Positions 47,666-57,818 of a DNA stretch of 64,000 bases are shown here, piece after piece. Positions within the stretch are counted from its first letter, which is position 1. Every line of letters begins with the position of its first letter. The translations under genes and the position numbers were made by a program. The notes beneath the pieces are model-generated. The model had not been told where the DNA came from. It did no database searches and saw nothing but the letters and a program-made list of their open reading frames with translations. The DNA is taken from the NCBI GenBank assembly GCA_043771175.1, contig JAYVHO010000006.1:9800-73799 (forward strand). The letters are read 5' to 3'. Source of the DNA: a bacterium (GTDB taxonomy: Bacteria > Patescibacteriota > Minisyncoccia > Phycocordibacterales > UBA1006).

Positions 47666-50053
47666 CTATATTTTTGGCATTGCGTCAAAATTATTATTTT
47701 GGGTTTTACACTGCAATGCATACTGCTCTTCTGGTGATACTATATTTTGCACTTTTGAAGACTCATTACTAATACAATATAAATTATTTGCTTGACTTAC
47801 CGACTGAACAACAATTCGGTACTCTTTATCGTTATCCTCACAAACTAAAGAATCACTCATATTTTTCGTATCACTTATCACCAGTTTAATACCTGGGTCG
47901 CTATCACATGCCCCTTCATACGTTTTCTTTTCTTTATTATGAGATTTTAGAAGTCCTAATAATTTAGTAAGATTTGTTTTTATTTGGTTATCTAAATCAA
48001 TCTGGCGATTTCTGGTAAATGCACCAATTACGTCTACCACCAACTCACCTGGATTTTCTGCGGATAATGTTTCTAGTTTATCAACTGTTTCATTTACCCT
48101 ATTGCTTATGATTCCTTCATTTTCACCCAAACTACCAAATAATTGATAAAGAATTTCATCATTTTCTGGTATTGGTGTACCTGGTTCAGCAATAACAGCA
48201 CCGGTTCCTTGCAGGCGAGATGACACCACATACTGCATATTTCCTTCCAACTTAATTAAATCTCCCAGCGCCTGAGAACCCGTTAATGAAAGATGATATC
48301 CCAATGTTATGGGATCTTTTGTTTCTTTATCTATCCCAACATCAACTTTTGAAATTTTTTGATTAAATAATAAATCAGTAAATCCTTTGGTAAGGCTGGG
48401 GTTAAACTGAGATCCAAATATTTCATCAACCCAATTGCCAAAATTAAATTTACTCACTGAAGTATTTAGAACATCATCATACACAAATTGAAGCCGCTGT
48501 GCGTTTGCATCGCTTTTAGCAACATTTACTAGATCTTTTTGCTTATCAAACTGACGAAGTATTTTTTTGAAGAGAAGTGGTGCTGACTCTCCAGAAAATG
48601 ATGCCATTTTTACTGAATCATATTGAAGCTCATCAAGATGTCGAGGATCTATCATAAACCATATATTTGAAGGAGCACCTTCTATTCCTCTGGTTTGTCC
48701 CAACGATTGACCATCAACTCTTCTTATATAAATAACGGGATCTATAACTATCATTTCAAAAGGAATAGTAGTTTTTCCAATTGAAAGCTCACCCTTTGAA
48801 CGTTCATGGTACGTTGAGCCAAATTTTATTAAATCACGTTCTGCGCTATATGATATTTTTTCTTCATCTTTAAGTTCTTGAATAGGAACGCCCAACAACA
48901 TTGAAAATGATTCTTTTAAGGGAGTTTTAAGCGTCAATGTTCCAGTGAATTTTGTTTTTAAGGTAAGCCCTGGATATTTTGAAAATAACTTTGAATAGGC
49001 AACATCGTGTAAGATTTCTTTATCTTTTTTATTTAAAAATGAAAGCTTATTAATAACTTCACTTGCCAACCCTTTTTGAGATTGAATGAATAAGTATCCA
49101 GCCGCAGCAAGAAAAATAATAAACAAAAAGAACGTAATCATTTTTTGGTTTCGTGAACGCGTTGGATCTATTGTATTTACTAGTGGTTGTGGACTAGGAA
49201 TAGGTACGGCAAATACTGGCATTGGTGCAGAATATGATTGTGGTTGAGAAGTAGCTACCTGTGCAGGTGTTTGATATGCCGGCATGATGGGCATACTTTG
49301 ATTAAATGGAGAACTATTCACTACTGCTGATTGTTCAATTGGTACCACTTGTTCTTGTAATGATACAGGAAGTGGCTGTAGAATTTGCTGATTCATGCTT
49401 TCTGCAGATATGGGTGCGTGCTGCTGAAAAGGATTTGCATTGTCAGAAATACCCATATCAACAAACTGTGCAACAGGTTCTACAACAGGAGTCATATCAT
49501 ATGCCGATTGAGGTTGAACATACCCCGGTTTATTTTGAGCAGAAAGTTGTGCAAGCGACACGGCAAAGGTTGGGTGGTCTTGTGTTGATTGGTTTACTAC
49601 CGGTAACGTAACGGAAATTGGAGGTTTTTGTAGCATTGGCTCATAAGAAAGAGGTGTCAAAGTTGATAATGATGCAAGAACAGGAGTTTGAATAGGTACT
49701 ACTGGTGCTGGTGCTGACATTTGAAATTCAGGCGTGAATGTTGTTTCAAAAGGTTTCGTATCTATTGATTCTTCTCCTATAATGATTTGTTGCTCTGGTT
49801 CCAACTCCCCAGAAACAGTAGGTATATTTTGTACTGGTGACACCATTTCAGAAAATGGATTTTTATCAATTACCAGTATTGAGTTTTTTACACCACCATC
49901 TATTTCTCTGATGGCATCATCAAAGTCAGATTTATCCCATCCACCAATTACGTTTAACGCTCTGAATATTTCATCGTCATTAATTCCCTCTTCTCTTTGA
50001 TTTTGTATGAAGTCTATTACTGCTTGATCAACCATATCAGTTTTATTATACAC
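47666..50053 (-). CDS. Large single-pass membrane protein: small cytoplasmic N-domain, ~240-aa Pro/Gln-rich linker, TM, ~470-aa extracytoplasmic domain; function unknown
   Basis: 795-aa ORF; TM ITFFLFIIFLAAAGYLFI at ~aa 305. Linker rich in P/Q/V. No catalytic motif recognised. Confidence 0.6.
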   Translation of the reverse strand: MYNKTDMVDQAVIDFIQNQREEGINDDEIFRALNVIGGWDKSDFDDAIREIDGGVKNSILVIDKNPFSEMVSPVQNIPTVSGELEPEQQIIIGEESIDTKPFETTFTPEFQMSAPAPVVPIQTPVLASLSTLTPLSYEPMLQKPPISVTLPVVNQSTQDHPTFAVSLAQLSAQNKPGYVQPQSAYDMTPVVEPVAQFVDMGISDNANPFQQHAPISAESMNQQILQPLPVSLQEQVVPIEQSAVVNSSPFNQSMPIMPAYQTPAQVATSQPQSYSAPMPVFAVPIPSPQPLVNTIDPTRSRNQKMITFFLFIIFLAAAGYLFIQSQKGLASEVINKLSFLNKKDKEILHDVAYSKLFSKYPGLTLKTKFTGTLTLKTPLKESFSMLLGVPIQELKDEEKISYSAERDLIKFGSTYHERSKGELSIGKTTIPFEMIVIDPVIYIRRVDGQSLGQTRGIEGAPSNIWFMIDPRHLDELQYDSVKMASFSGESAPLLFKKILRQFDKQKDLVNVAKSDANAQRLQFVYDDVLNTSVSKFNFGNWVDEIFGSQFNPSLTKGFTDLLFNQKISKVDVGIDKETKDPITLGYHLSLTGSQALGDLIKLEGNMQYVVSSRLQGTGAVIAEPGTPIPENDEILYQLFGSLGENEGIISNRVNETVDKLETLSAENPGELVVDVIGAFTRNRQIDLDNQIKTNLTKLLGLLKSHNKEKKTYEGACDSDPGIKLVISDTKNMSDSLVCEDNDKEYRIVVQSVSQANNLYCISNESSKVQNIVSPEEQYALQCKTQNNNFDAMPKI

Positions 50054-50065
50054 TAATTATTTTTA

Positions 50066-50458
50066 CTATTCTGTAGTAACTCCATCAAAATGCTCTTCTA
50101 TCATAGCATCAGCTTTTGTAGGATGAATAATTCCATCTTTATGATGTGGCCCTGCATATATAGTGTATAACTTCATAGTCTTATCTCCGGTATTTATTAC
50201 ATTATGTTGAGTTCCTCGTGGCACAATAAAAGCAGAATCATCTTCAATATCATAAGTTTCTTCACCAATCATAAATTTACCTTTCCCTTCTTCTACTCTG
50301 AAAAATTGATCCACATCTTCATGAGTTTCAAGTCCAATATCTTCATGAGGTAAAAGACTCATCACCACCAGCTGCATCCCCTGTGTTGTATATAAAATTT
50401 TTCTAAAGTTATTATTTTCTTCTGTTATGTCTTCTATATTTGATATAAATCCTTTCAT
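50066..50458 (-). CDS. Cupin-domain protein
   Basis: 130 aa; ...FFRVEEGKGKFMIGEETYDIEDDSAFIVPRGTQHNVINTGDKTMKLYTIYAGPHH... (cupin 2 barrel motifs G(X)5HXH-like / G.....P.G...H..N). Confidence 0.6.
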   Translation of the reverse strand: MKGFISNIEDITEENNNFRKILYTTQGMQLVVMSLLPHEDIGLETHEDVDQFFRVEEGKGKFMIGEETYDIEDDSAFIVPRGTQHNVINTGDKTMKLYTIYAGPHHKDGIIHPTKADAMIEEHFDGVTTE

Positions 50459-50531
50459 ATAATTTGTGAGTATTACGAATATGTCATAAGTATATCACTA
50501 TAAAAAAACACCCTCGAAAGGATATTTTTTG

Positions 50532-50616
50532 TGCCCAAGAGAGGACTTGAACCTCCATGCCCGTTACAGGCGTTACCACCTCAAGGTAGTGCGTCTACCA
50601 GTTTCGCCACCTGGGC
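50532..50616 (-). tRNA. tRNA-Leu (anticodon GAG), long variable arm
   Basis: Minus-strand GCCCAGGTGGCGAAACTGGTAGACGCACTACCTTGAGGTGGTAACGCCTGTAACGGGCATGGAGGTTCAAGTCCTCTCTTGGGCA. Anticodon loop TTGAGGT. Class II variable arm. CCA not encoded. Confidence 0.8.
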
Positions 50617-50723
50617 ATTGTGAGGCTACCTTGCGGCACTCCTCATATGAACAGTATACAAAATTTAGAGAAAAATGCAAAAAAAATCACCCACATTTCT
50701 GTGAGTGATTTTTTATTTAAGAA

Positions 50724-51383
50724 TTATTCTTCCTTTTTTTCTTCAGGAGTTTCTTCTGAGGCTTCGGCTGTTTCAATAACAACTTCTTCAACAGGAACTT
50801 CAACTATTTCTGCTGGAATTTCTTCTACAGTAGGAGTTTCAACAACTTCTGGAATTTCTTCCGCTGGTGTTACTTCTTCAACAACTGGCATTGAAACTTC
50901 TTCTTGGGCTTCAATTACTGGAGTTTCTTCGATAACTTCTTCTATTTCTGGAAGCTTATCTTCTTCAATAACTAAATCTTTTGAAGTTGAGAAAAATTGA
51001 ACCAAACTTCTGATCTTTCTGCGAATATCTCGAGATACACGTGTTCGGATATAGTAAAGCTTAGATCGTCCTGCATTTGAACGGCGAATTACTTCAATAA
51101 GTTCAATGTTTGGAGAATAAAGTGGGAATACACGTTCAACACCAAATCCGTTAGAAACTTTGCGAACCGTAAAGGTTGCTCCGGCTTCTCGTCCGTGTTT
51201 TCTGGCAAGTACCAATCCTTCAAACATCTGGATACGGAATTTATCTTTTCCTTGTTTATCTTTACCTTCTTTAATTTTAACGTGTACACGTACAGTATCT
51301 CCTGATTTCATATCAAGATTTTGACGAGCACGAAACGCTGGCGCGATGTGCATGAGTTGGTTTTCGAGTGTCTTGGTGTTCAT
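50724..51383 (-). CDS. rplS: 50S ribosomal protein L19 with ~100-aa acidic E/V/P-rich C-terminal extension
   Basis: ...[15 protein letters not shown]...[64 protein letters not shown]... then ...[72 protein letters not shown]. Confidence 0.88.
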   Translation of the reverse strand: MNTKTLENQLMHIAPAFRARQNLDMKSGDTVRVHVKIKEGKDKQGKDKFRIQMFEGLVLARKHGREAGATFTVRKVSNGFGVERVFPLYSPNIELIEVIRRSNAGRSKLYYIRTRVSRDIRRKIRSLVQFFSTSKDLVIEEDKLPEIEEVIEETPVIEAQEEVSMPVVEEVTPAEEIPEVVETPTVEEIPAEIVEVPVEEVVIETAEASEETPEEKKEE

Positions 51384-51429
51384 AAAAGTGTGGTTACTAT
51401 ATCATAGTGATATGTTTTTTGCAAGAAAA

Positions 51430-52203
51430 TTACAGCGCCTCATCTTTGATGTTTTTTAATGCGAATATAAAGTCTTCTGGCAGCGGTGCCTCAAATTCAT
51501 ATGGCTTTTCATCATAGGTAAATGACAAAGTGTGGGCATGCAAAGCAACTCGTTTAAATCCAAGAGAAAATGCTCCGCTTTCTTCTTTTGCTAGGGCTCC
51601 TGAATATTGAGTATCTGCTACTACTGGGTGATTAAGTGCCTTCATATGAACACGAATTTGATGAGTTCTTCCTGTTAATAATTGAAGGGTAAGATACGTG
51701 ATTTTCTCTTCTCCCCAAGGACTTATAGCATATCCCTTTTTTAGTACATTATATCTGGTTTTTGCTTCACGAAGGAGGCCACGCGCTCCGCGCGTGGCAG
51801 ACCAATTCTTAAACTGGCTGGCACTGCGCCCAATAGGACGGTCAATCAAGCCTCTTTCAGCAGATAAATGACCATATACAAAGGCTTTATAGTGTTTAGC
51901 GATGGTATGGTTTTGAAAATGATCCTTAAAAATCTCATACGCCTTTTGATTTTTTGCCCAAATTAATATTCCTGATGTTTCCCCATCCAATCTATGTACC
52001 ACCCCGCTTCTTTCAATAGGGATTTTTACTCCGTTAATTTCTACGGTAGATTCTTCACCAACCCCTTGTACTTCTGGATATTTTTCTAATAAATAATCAC
52101 AGAGTGATTTTTCCGTACTTCTACCATCACCGTGCACTAAAATACCCGATGGTTTATTAACCACCAAAAAGTCATCACATTCAAAAATAGTTTCTATATT
52201 CAT
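51430..52203 (-). CDS. rluA: RluA-family pseudouridine synthase
   Basis: ...VVHRLDGETSGILIWAKN... (catalytic Asp in HRLD) ...TGRTHQIRVHM... Confidence 0.85.
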   Translation of the reverse strand: MNIETIFECDDFLVVNKPSGILVHGDGRSTEKSLCDYLLEKYPEVQGVGEESTVEINGVKIPIERSGVVHRLDGETSGILIWAKNQKAYEIFKDHFQNHTIAKHYKAFVYGHLSAERGLIDRPIGRSASQFKNWSATRGARGLLREAKTRYNVLKKGYAISPWGEEKITYLTLQLLTGRTHQIRVHMKALNHPVVADTQYSGALAKEESGAFSLGFKRVALHAHTLSFTYDEKPYEFEAPLPEDFIFALKNIKDEAL

Positions 52204-52343
52204 ACCATGCAGTATAGCGATGATTCCCCTCTTGTCAAAGATAAATCAATGGGATATACTCTTTGAACAAAGAGGGTGACATGTTTTAAAACCAACAGAC
52301 ACTTATTTTAAGGATATCTGTTGTGTCATAACCTCTTTTTTAC

Positions 52344-52419
52344 GGGCGATTAGCTCAGTTGGTAGAGCAACTCGTTTACACCGAGAAGGTCAGAGGTTCG
52401 AGTCCTCTATCGCCCACCA
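52344..52419 (+). tRNA. tRNA-Val (anticodon TAC), CCA encoded
   Basis: GGGCGATTAGCTCAGTTGGTAGAGCAACTCGTTTACACCGAGAAGGTCAGAGGTTCGAGTCCTCTATCGCCCACCA. Anticodon loop TTTACAC. Confidence 0.9.
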
Positions 52420-52523
52420 AGAAAAACCATACAGCAATGTACGGTTTTTCTTATGTCTTGAAAAAATAGCAAAATATTGTATACTGCATCCACTTAGAAG
52501 GCGGGCAATGCTTGCAGTTTCAT

Positions 52524-52595
52524 GCTCTTGTAGTTCAATGGATAGAATAGGGGACTTCTAAGCCTTTGATCATGGTTCGATTCCATGCGAGAGCA
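52524..52595 (+). tRNA. tRNA-Arg (anticodon TCT); closing pair of anticodon stem is A31-G39 mismatch
   Basis: GCTCTTGTAGTTCAATGGATAGAATAGGGGACTTCTAAGCCTTTGATCATGGTTCGATTCCATGCGAGAGCA. Loop CTTCTAA is identical to E. coli argU. Alternative fold gives a 9-nt loop. Confidence 0.75.
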
Positions 52596-52800
52596 CTATT
52601 TAAAGAAAAACCTCAATATATCATTGAGGTTTTTCTTATGGAATATATTATTTACCGAACAAATAAAAAATAGATAATTAATGCGAGAATAATTCCACCA
52701 CCAAGAAGCTTGGTGATAACATACGTTCCTAAAAATTTTAACATAAAGATAATATATTAATGATAATTACAGAAACCGAGCGACACTTTATTATACAATG

Positions 52801-53379
52801 TTATTTAAAAAGTGTACCAGCAAAAAAAATAAGACCAATAATAACAACAACTGCAATGCTAATATATGTAATTTTTTTCATTGATTTTTCTGCAATTGCC
52901 TGTCCATACTGCTCACCGATATAGGCAAATAAAAACATACGCGCTCCCTTACCAATCGCAAACGCAATTGTGTAAGGAAATAGTGCAAACTTTAAAAATC
53001 CAGAACCAAAGGTAAATAGCTTATCGGGCACGGGTGTAAACGCCGCGAGCGCAATAGCAAGTAATCCATATTTATTATAAATAGATGAAACTTGGTCAAG
53101 CAAACCAGAACCGTTATCTCCTAAAATAAACCCAGAAAACTGTGCGTAAAAAAAGTATCCAATTCCATATGCAACTAAAGCCCCAACAGTAGCACCAATG
53201 GTAGCAACGGTTCCTACGCGTACCCAGGTGTATTTTTTCTGCGCAACAAGTGGCACAATAAAAACATCCGGTGGAATTGGAAAGAAAATAGATTCAATAC
53301 ACGCAATAAATCCAATCCACCACAAAGCATAAGGAGAATTTGTAACATATAAAATCCACTGTTTTGTTTTTTTCATCAT
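52801..53379 (-). CDS. DedA/YqaA-type (VTT/SNARE-associated domain) membrane protein
   Basis: 192 aa, 4-5 TM; ...IESIFFPIPPDVFIVPL... ...AFTPVPDKLFTFGSGFLK... typical of the YqaA/DedA family. Confidence 0.65.
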   Translation of the reverse strand: MMKKTKQWILYVTNSPYALWWIGFIACIESIFFPIPPDVFIVPLVAQKKYTWVRVGTVATIGATVGALVAYGIGYFFYAQFSGFILGDNGSGLLDQVSSIYNKYGLLAIALAAFTPVPDKLFTFGSGFLKFALFPYTIAFAIGKGARMFLFAYIGEQYGQAIAEKSMKKITYISIAVVVIIGLIFFAGTLFK

Positions 53380-53382
53380 ATG

Positions 53383-53736
53383 CTAATAAACAGGAGCCCC
53401 TTCTTCAACGCCACCAACTTCTGGTACTAAAAATGAAAACGTGTCTCCATTACTACCACCCACCGCCACCAACATCCCTTGTGATTCAATACCCATAATC
53501 ATGCGAGGTTCCAAATTAAGTAAGTAAAGAACTTTTTTACCTACAATTTCTGATTTATCAATATATGGACGAATTCCAGAAACAATCACACGGGTTCCTA
53601 TTTCACCAAAAGAGACCGTACATTTATATAATTTTTCTGATTTTTCAACTTCATCAACTTGAATAATTGTCCCAACTCTAATATCAACTTTTTTCCATTC
53701 ATCAAAGGTTATTATTTCCATATTCTCATTATACAT
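53383..53736 (-). CDS. csaA: tRNA-binding domain protein (CsaA/Trbp111/Myf-domain)
   Basis: ...FDEWKKVDIRVGTIIQVDEVEKSEKLYKCTVSFGE...GIRPYIDKSEIVGKKVLYLLNLEPRMIMGIESQGMLVAVG... (OB-fold tRNA-binding domain signature). Confidence 0.75.
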   Translation of the reverse strand: MYNENMEIITFDEWKKVDIRVGTIIQVDEVEKSEKLYKCTVSFGEIGTRVIVSGIRPYIDKSEIVGKKVLYLLNLEPRMIMGIESQGMLVAVGGSNGDTFSFLVPEVGGVEEGAPVY

Positions 53737-54163
53737 TCTTTTTGTTTTTTGCTAAATATCTTTCCAAAATAAGCATCGCAGCTGTATCGTCAATGTGCTC
53801 ATCAAATGATTTTCTTTTTTTTGCCACCACTCCACGTTTCATTCCTTCATTATATGTAAAGAGCTTTCTTGATTCCATAGACGTAAACGACTCATCTTGC
53901 AAGGTTGTGGCAACTTCTCTAAAATTACTTCTTACCAGTTCCCTTACTTCAAATACTAATTTCATAATGTCGTTATCTTCCCCTTCGTATAATGAATGTC
54001 CCAAAACTATCACACGAGGTTGATATTCCGTAATAAATTTTTCAAGTGTTTTTTGCAAATTTTTAGTTTCAAAAATTCCTTTTGGAAATGCCATTGATTC
54101 TGATTCATCAGTAATAGCAATTCCTGATTTATATTTTCCAATATCAAGTGCAATAAGTGTCAT
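53729..54163 (-). CDS. ruvX: Holliday-junction resolvase-like RuvX/YqgF
   Basis: MTLIALDIGKYKSGIAITDES...PRVIVLGHSLYEGEDNDIMKLVFE...FDEHIDDTAAMLILERYL (YqgF motifs: LG.D.G..R.G.A; IVVG.P; D.SAA.IL). Confidence 0.8.
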   Translation of the reverse strand: MTLIALDIGKYKSGIAITDESESMAFPKGIFETKNLQKTLEKFITEYQPRVIVLGHSLYEGEDNDIMKLVFEVRELVRSNFREVATTLQDESFTSMESRKLFTYNEGMKRGVVAKKRKSFDEHIDDTAAMLILERYLAKNKKNV

Positions 54164-54287
54164 GGGTTAGTTATATCACACCTGGTAATAAATAACAGCC
54201 TCATACTATAAAAGATAGTATACTGTATATAGATGGTAATCAGTCTTTATCATCATACTTAGTACGATTAATATATCTTATAACTAT

Positions 54288-54536
54288 ATGGAACCACGAG
54301 AAACCAATACCACCACAAAAATTGAAGTTAACCCTAACACTACCACCTACACTACGCTTGCAGTAGTGCTTGGAATTGTTGCTGTTATTGGTATTTGTTA
54401 CGCTGTTTTTGGAAGAAACAACAATAGTCAAAACATGATGAATGAAACACCTATAATGGAAACTACTCCAGAAATGCCCGCAGAACCAACGATGATGCCT
54501 GATTCCACTACATCAATTGATATTAAAACACAATAA
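54288..54536 (+). CDS. Small single-TM membrane protein, Thr/Pro/Met-rich
   Basis: 82 aa; TM LAVVLGIVAVIGICYAVF. Low complexity; weak call. Confidence 0.4.
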   Translation: MEPRETNTTTKIEVNPNTTTYTTLAVVLGIVAVIGICYAVFGRNNNSQNMMNETPIMETTPEMPAEPTMMPDSTTSIDIKTQ

Positions 54537-54661
54537 ATATCTTTATGTTATGCATAGTAAAAACCCAACATGTTGGGTTTTTACTATGATCTAATGCCAT
54601 AGTACTCACATGAAAATAGTCTATATCTGTTTTTACTACAAATAACTAATGGTATAACTTC

Positions 54662-55123
54662 ATGAAAAACTCATATATAAAATTCATACTGATTGCTATT
54701 ACTAATTACCCACAATTATTTATGGAATCATCATTATTAAACATTTTTAAAAAAACAACATATGCAGTAATTTGTGCAGTTACCGTAAATCTTTTTTTTA
54801 TATTCATCGTAAAACTTTTTATACATACACCACCAACATTTAGTCCCTTTTTTTATAGTTTTATTGCACTGTATACGGCTTTGGGTGTAATGGGAGCAGG
54901 TTTAGTGTATTTGATTATAAAAAAATTAACACCAAACTATCATAAAATATTTACCTGGGTTTCTATTGTAGCGCTTATGCTGTCACTTATTCCTGATATA
55001 GCAATGTATATGAATCCAGAGCCCGATGATGTTGGTGTCACAATTCCCATAGTTATCATACTGATGCTTACCCATATATTTGCTGCTTTTATTGCAGTAA
55101 AAACATTAACTTCTAAAGAATAA
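54662..55123 (+). CDS. Polytopic membrane protein (4 TM), unknown function
   Basis: 153-aa ORF, four clear hydrophobic helices. Confidence 0.5.
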   Translation: MKNSYIKFILIAITNYPQLFMESSLLNIFKKTTYAVICAVTVNLFFIFIVKLFIHTPPTFSPFFYSFIALYTALGVMGAGLVYLIIKKLTPNYHKIFTWVSIVALMLSLIPDIAMYMNPEPDDVGVTIPIVIILMLTHIFAAFIAVKTLTSKE

Positions 55124-55127
55124 TTAT

Positions 55128-55907
55128 ATGAAAAATCAATCAATAGGTCACCAACTATTAAATAAAGTTCCCGAGGTCACATTGTGGTTTTGGATCATTA
55201 AAATCCTCTGTACAACGGTTGGAGAAACCGCAGCAGACTTTCTCAACACAAACCTCAATCTTGGTTTGACTGGAACATCACTCATTATGGGTGTACTTCT
55301 CATTATTGTTCTTATTTACCAATTTAAGACAAAGAAATATACACCAAGTATTTACTGGCTTTCTGTTGTATTTATTAGTATTGTCGGAACACTTATAACA
55401 GATAATCTAACTGATAACTTTGGAATATCACTTGTGTTAACAACTATCGTTTTTAGTGTCGCTCTTATTGCAACTTTTATTGCTTGGTATAAAAAAGAAG
55501 GAACGCTATCTATTCACTCAATTTTCACACAAAAAAGAGAATTATTCTATTGGTTAACTATCCTCTTTACGTTTGCTCTTGGTACAGCATCAGGAGACTT
55601 GCTGGCAGAAACGCTTAGTGTTGGTTATTTACTCTCAGCAATCATATTTGCAGGCGGAATAGCTCTGACATATGTGGCATATAAGAAGTTTAACCTCAAC
55701 CCAATACTTGCTTTCTGGATTGCATACATCCTCACCCGACCGCTCGGTGCATCTATTGGAGATTATGTATCCCAAAATCAAACAAGTGGTGGTTTAGGGT
55801 TAGGAACAGTTATTACCAGTGCTCTATTTCTCACAGCAATTCTCTCTACGGTAATATATCTATCAGTTACAAAAAAAGATGCGATCACTTCTGAAATGAA
55901 CACGTAA
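55128..55907 (+). CDS. Polytopic membrane protein (6-7 TM), unknown function
   Basis: 259-aa ORF, 4 nt after the previous ORF; likely co-transcribed. Confidence 0.5.
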   Translation: MKNQSIGHQLLNKVPEVTLWFWIIKILCTTVGETAADFLNTNLNLGLTGTSLIMGVLLIIVLIYQFKTKKYTPSIYWLSVVFISIVGTLITDNLTDNFGISLVLTTIVFSVALIATFIAWYKKEGTLSIHSIFTQKRELFYWLTILFTFALGTASGDLLAETLSVGYLLSAIIFAGGIALTYVAYKKFNLNPILAFWIAYILTRPLGASIGDYVSQNQTSGGLGLGTVITSALFLTAILSTVIYLSVTKKDAITSEMNT

Positions 55908-55996
55908 GTTTCAACAAATAGTGGTATTAATAATTTTTTAGAATTCTAAATTTATGAATATCCAAGAAATAAACATCTCGTAATATCACAACTCTG

Positions 55997-56083
55997 CGGA
56001 GGAGGTGAGATTCGAACTCACGGACCGGTTCCCCAGTCTCCTGTTTTCAAGACAGGTGCAATCGACCACTCTGCCACTCCTCC
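55997..56083 (-). tRNA. tRNA-Ser (anticodon TGA), long variable arm
   Basis: Minus-strand GGAGGAGTGGCAGAGTGGTCGATTGCACCTGTCTTGAAAACAGGAGACTGGGGAACCGGTCCGTGAGTTCGAATCTCACCTCCTCCG. Anticodon loop CTTGAAA. Confidence 0.85.
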
Positions 56084-56152
56084 GTATTTGTGTAATTATC
56101 CATTCGATTGACGTACAAATTACATGATACACTATAACAAATATTATCACTT

Positions 56153-56626
56153 ATGCAACACGAGACTATTTATCTACAATACCAAACGGAAGAGTTCACC
56201 TATATTGAAAGTCCTAAAGAATGGTTCATTGGTTTGGGTGCTATTACCGTAGCTGGAGTGGTTCTTTCTTTGGTATTAGACAACCCACTCTTTGCAATAA
56301 TCTGTGTGTTGGTTGGTGGATTGTTTGCGTACTTTTCTCAAAAAAAACCAGCTATGGTAACTATTTCAATTTCTGACAAAGGAATTCGTTGTGGCGAAGA
56401 AGCATTCCCTTATGGAAAAATTGATCATTTCTGGATGATCACCACATCACACGGCATTCATCACTTACTCCTTAAAACTCCTCTTGAGTTTGATCATATT
56501 GGAATTGTTCCTATTGCGCCAGAAATAGACCCTGAAGAAATTGCGCATATATTATCTGATTATTTACCTATGGAAGAGATAAAAGAATCAGCAGTAACTA
56601 TTTTTTTAGAGAGATTAGGATATTGA
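56153..56626 (+). CDS. Membrane protein with N-terminal TM hairpin and cytoplasmic domain (bacterial PH/DUF304-like topology)
   Basis: 157 aa; TMs GLGAITVAGVVLSLVL / LFAIICVLVGGLFAYF, then a ~100-aa soluble domain. Family assignment is tentative. Confidence 0.45.
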   Translation: MQHETIYLQYQTEEFTYIESPKEWFIGLGAITVAGVVLSLVLDNPLFAIICVLVGGLFAYFSQKKPAMVTISISDKGIRCGEEAFPYGKIDHFWMITTSHGIHHLLLKTPLEFDHIGIVPIAPEIDPEEIAHILSDYLPMEEIKESAVTIFLERLGY

Positions 56627-56669
56627 TTCTTTGTTGAAAAAAATCAAACATGTGGTATAGTAACGGCAC

Positions 56670-56741
56670 GCTTTTGTAGTTCAATGGATAGAACGTAGGT
56701 TTGCGGTACCTATGATCCAGGTTCGATTCCTGGCAAGAGCA
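56670..56741 (+). tRNA. tRNA-Arg-like (anticodon read as GCG)
   Basis: GCTTTTGTAGTTCAATGGATAGAACGTAGGTTTGCGGTACCTATGATCCAGGTTCGATTCCTGGCAAGAGCA. D-arm identical to the other two Arg tRNAs. Anticodon loop TTGCGGT (positions 34-36 GCG). Confidence 0.7.
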
Positions 56742-56777
56742 CATAAAAAAACACCATTTCTGGTGTTTTTTGTTTGC

Positions 56778-57044
56778 TTATTTTGCAGTAGTTGCAATTT
56801 TCTTAGCAAGTCGTGACTTCTTTCTTGCAGCTGCCTTTTTGTTGATAATTCCTTTTTTAGCGGCTTTATCAATGGTTTGGAATGCTTTTGGAAGTTTTGT
56901 TATTGCAGTTGCAGTATCAGTCTTTTTTACAAGATCTTTTACTTCTTTAACTGCTTCACGCATAGCACGTCTGCGATTATCATTCAATTGTCTTCGCTTT
57001 ATTGCTTGTCGAGCTCTTTTTTTTCCTGAATCAAGAATTGGCAT
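56778..57044 (-). CDS. rpsT: 30S ribosomal protein S20
   Basis: MPILDSGKKRARQAIKRRQLNDNRRRAMREAVKEV...KAAKKGIINKKAAARKKSRLAKKI (S20 pattern). Confidence 0.85.
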   Translation of the reverse strand: MPILDSGKKRARQAIKRRQLNDNRRRAMREAVKEVKDLVKKTDTATAITKLPKAFQTIDKAAKKGIINKKAAARKKSRLAKKIATTAK

Positions 57045-57209
57045 AGTGTAATAAATTAAAATAGTTCTATTGGTTCATAATGTAGCTACATTATAAATGT
57101 CCTGAGACAGACTACTTATAACACGTCTAACCTGACCATAGTACGCTATTTTGGTTTCATTGTAAAGGTTTTTATATACTCACCGGCGTGGACTTGATAT
57201 ACTATTTCC

Positions 57210-57797
57210 ATGATAGATAGAATTTCAGGTATGGTGGTTGATTCAGACTTTACGGCAAAAATTTGTATAGAAACACCGTCGGGGATTACATATGGAGTTT
57301 CTACCACTAAAGAAATCACCACCGTGACCATTCCTTCAAATATTTATGTATATATTCACGAGGTAATCAAAGAAGATGCTCATGATTTATATGGCTTTAC
57401 GGCCCCATTTGAACGCAGTGTGTTTAAAAAATTATTGAGTGTTTCTGGGCTTGGTCCAAAATCTGCACTTTCCATACTTTCCAATCTTGGAATCTCTGGA
57501 CTCTTTAATGCACTGATTTCAAAAGATGCCACGTCGCTGGCTAAAACTCCAGGGATTGGTAAAAAGACCGCAGAAAAAACCATTATAGAGCTATTCTCGT
57601 TTGCGCAAGACCACCAAGACGTTATTACTGACGAGGTTAAAAATCCTCTCTACCACGAGGCCTTTGAAGCACTGGTTTCACTGGGTTATGATGACCATTT
57701 GGTAAAAGATGTTCTTTCAAAACTTGATTTTAATACCAATGCCACACTTTCAACGGTTATTCGTGAAGGAATTAAAAACCTTTCACATAAGAAATAA
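57210..57797 (+). CDS. ruvA: Holliday junction DNA helicase RuvA
   Basis: MIDRISGMVVDSDFTAKICIETPSGITYGV...FKKLLSVSGLGPKSALSILSNLGISGLFNALISKDATSLAKTPGIGKKTAEKTIIEL (two HhH motifs). Confidence 0.88.
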   Translation: MIDRISGMVVDSDFTAKICIETPSGITYGVSTTKEITTVTIPSNIYVYIHEVIKEDAHDLYGFTAPFERSVFKKLLSVSGLGPKSALSILSNLGISGLFNALISKDATSLAKTPGIGKKTAEKTIIELFSFAQDHQDVITDEVKNPLYHEAFEALVSLGYDDHLVKDVLSKLDFNTNATLSTVIREGIKNLSHKK

Positions 57798-57818
57798 ATA
57801 TACATCACCCCCCCGTCA

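Noticed and set aside
47576-50616. tRNA-His/tRNA-Leu-flanked block (795-aa membrane protein + cupin) as an integrated mobile element
   Set aside because: No integrase, no direct-repeat att sites, and composition is indistinguishable from the flanks. Noted only as context.
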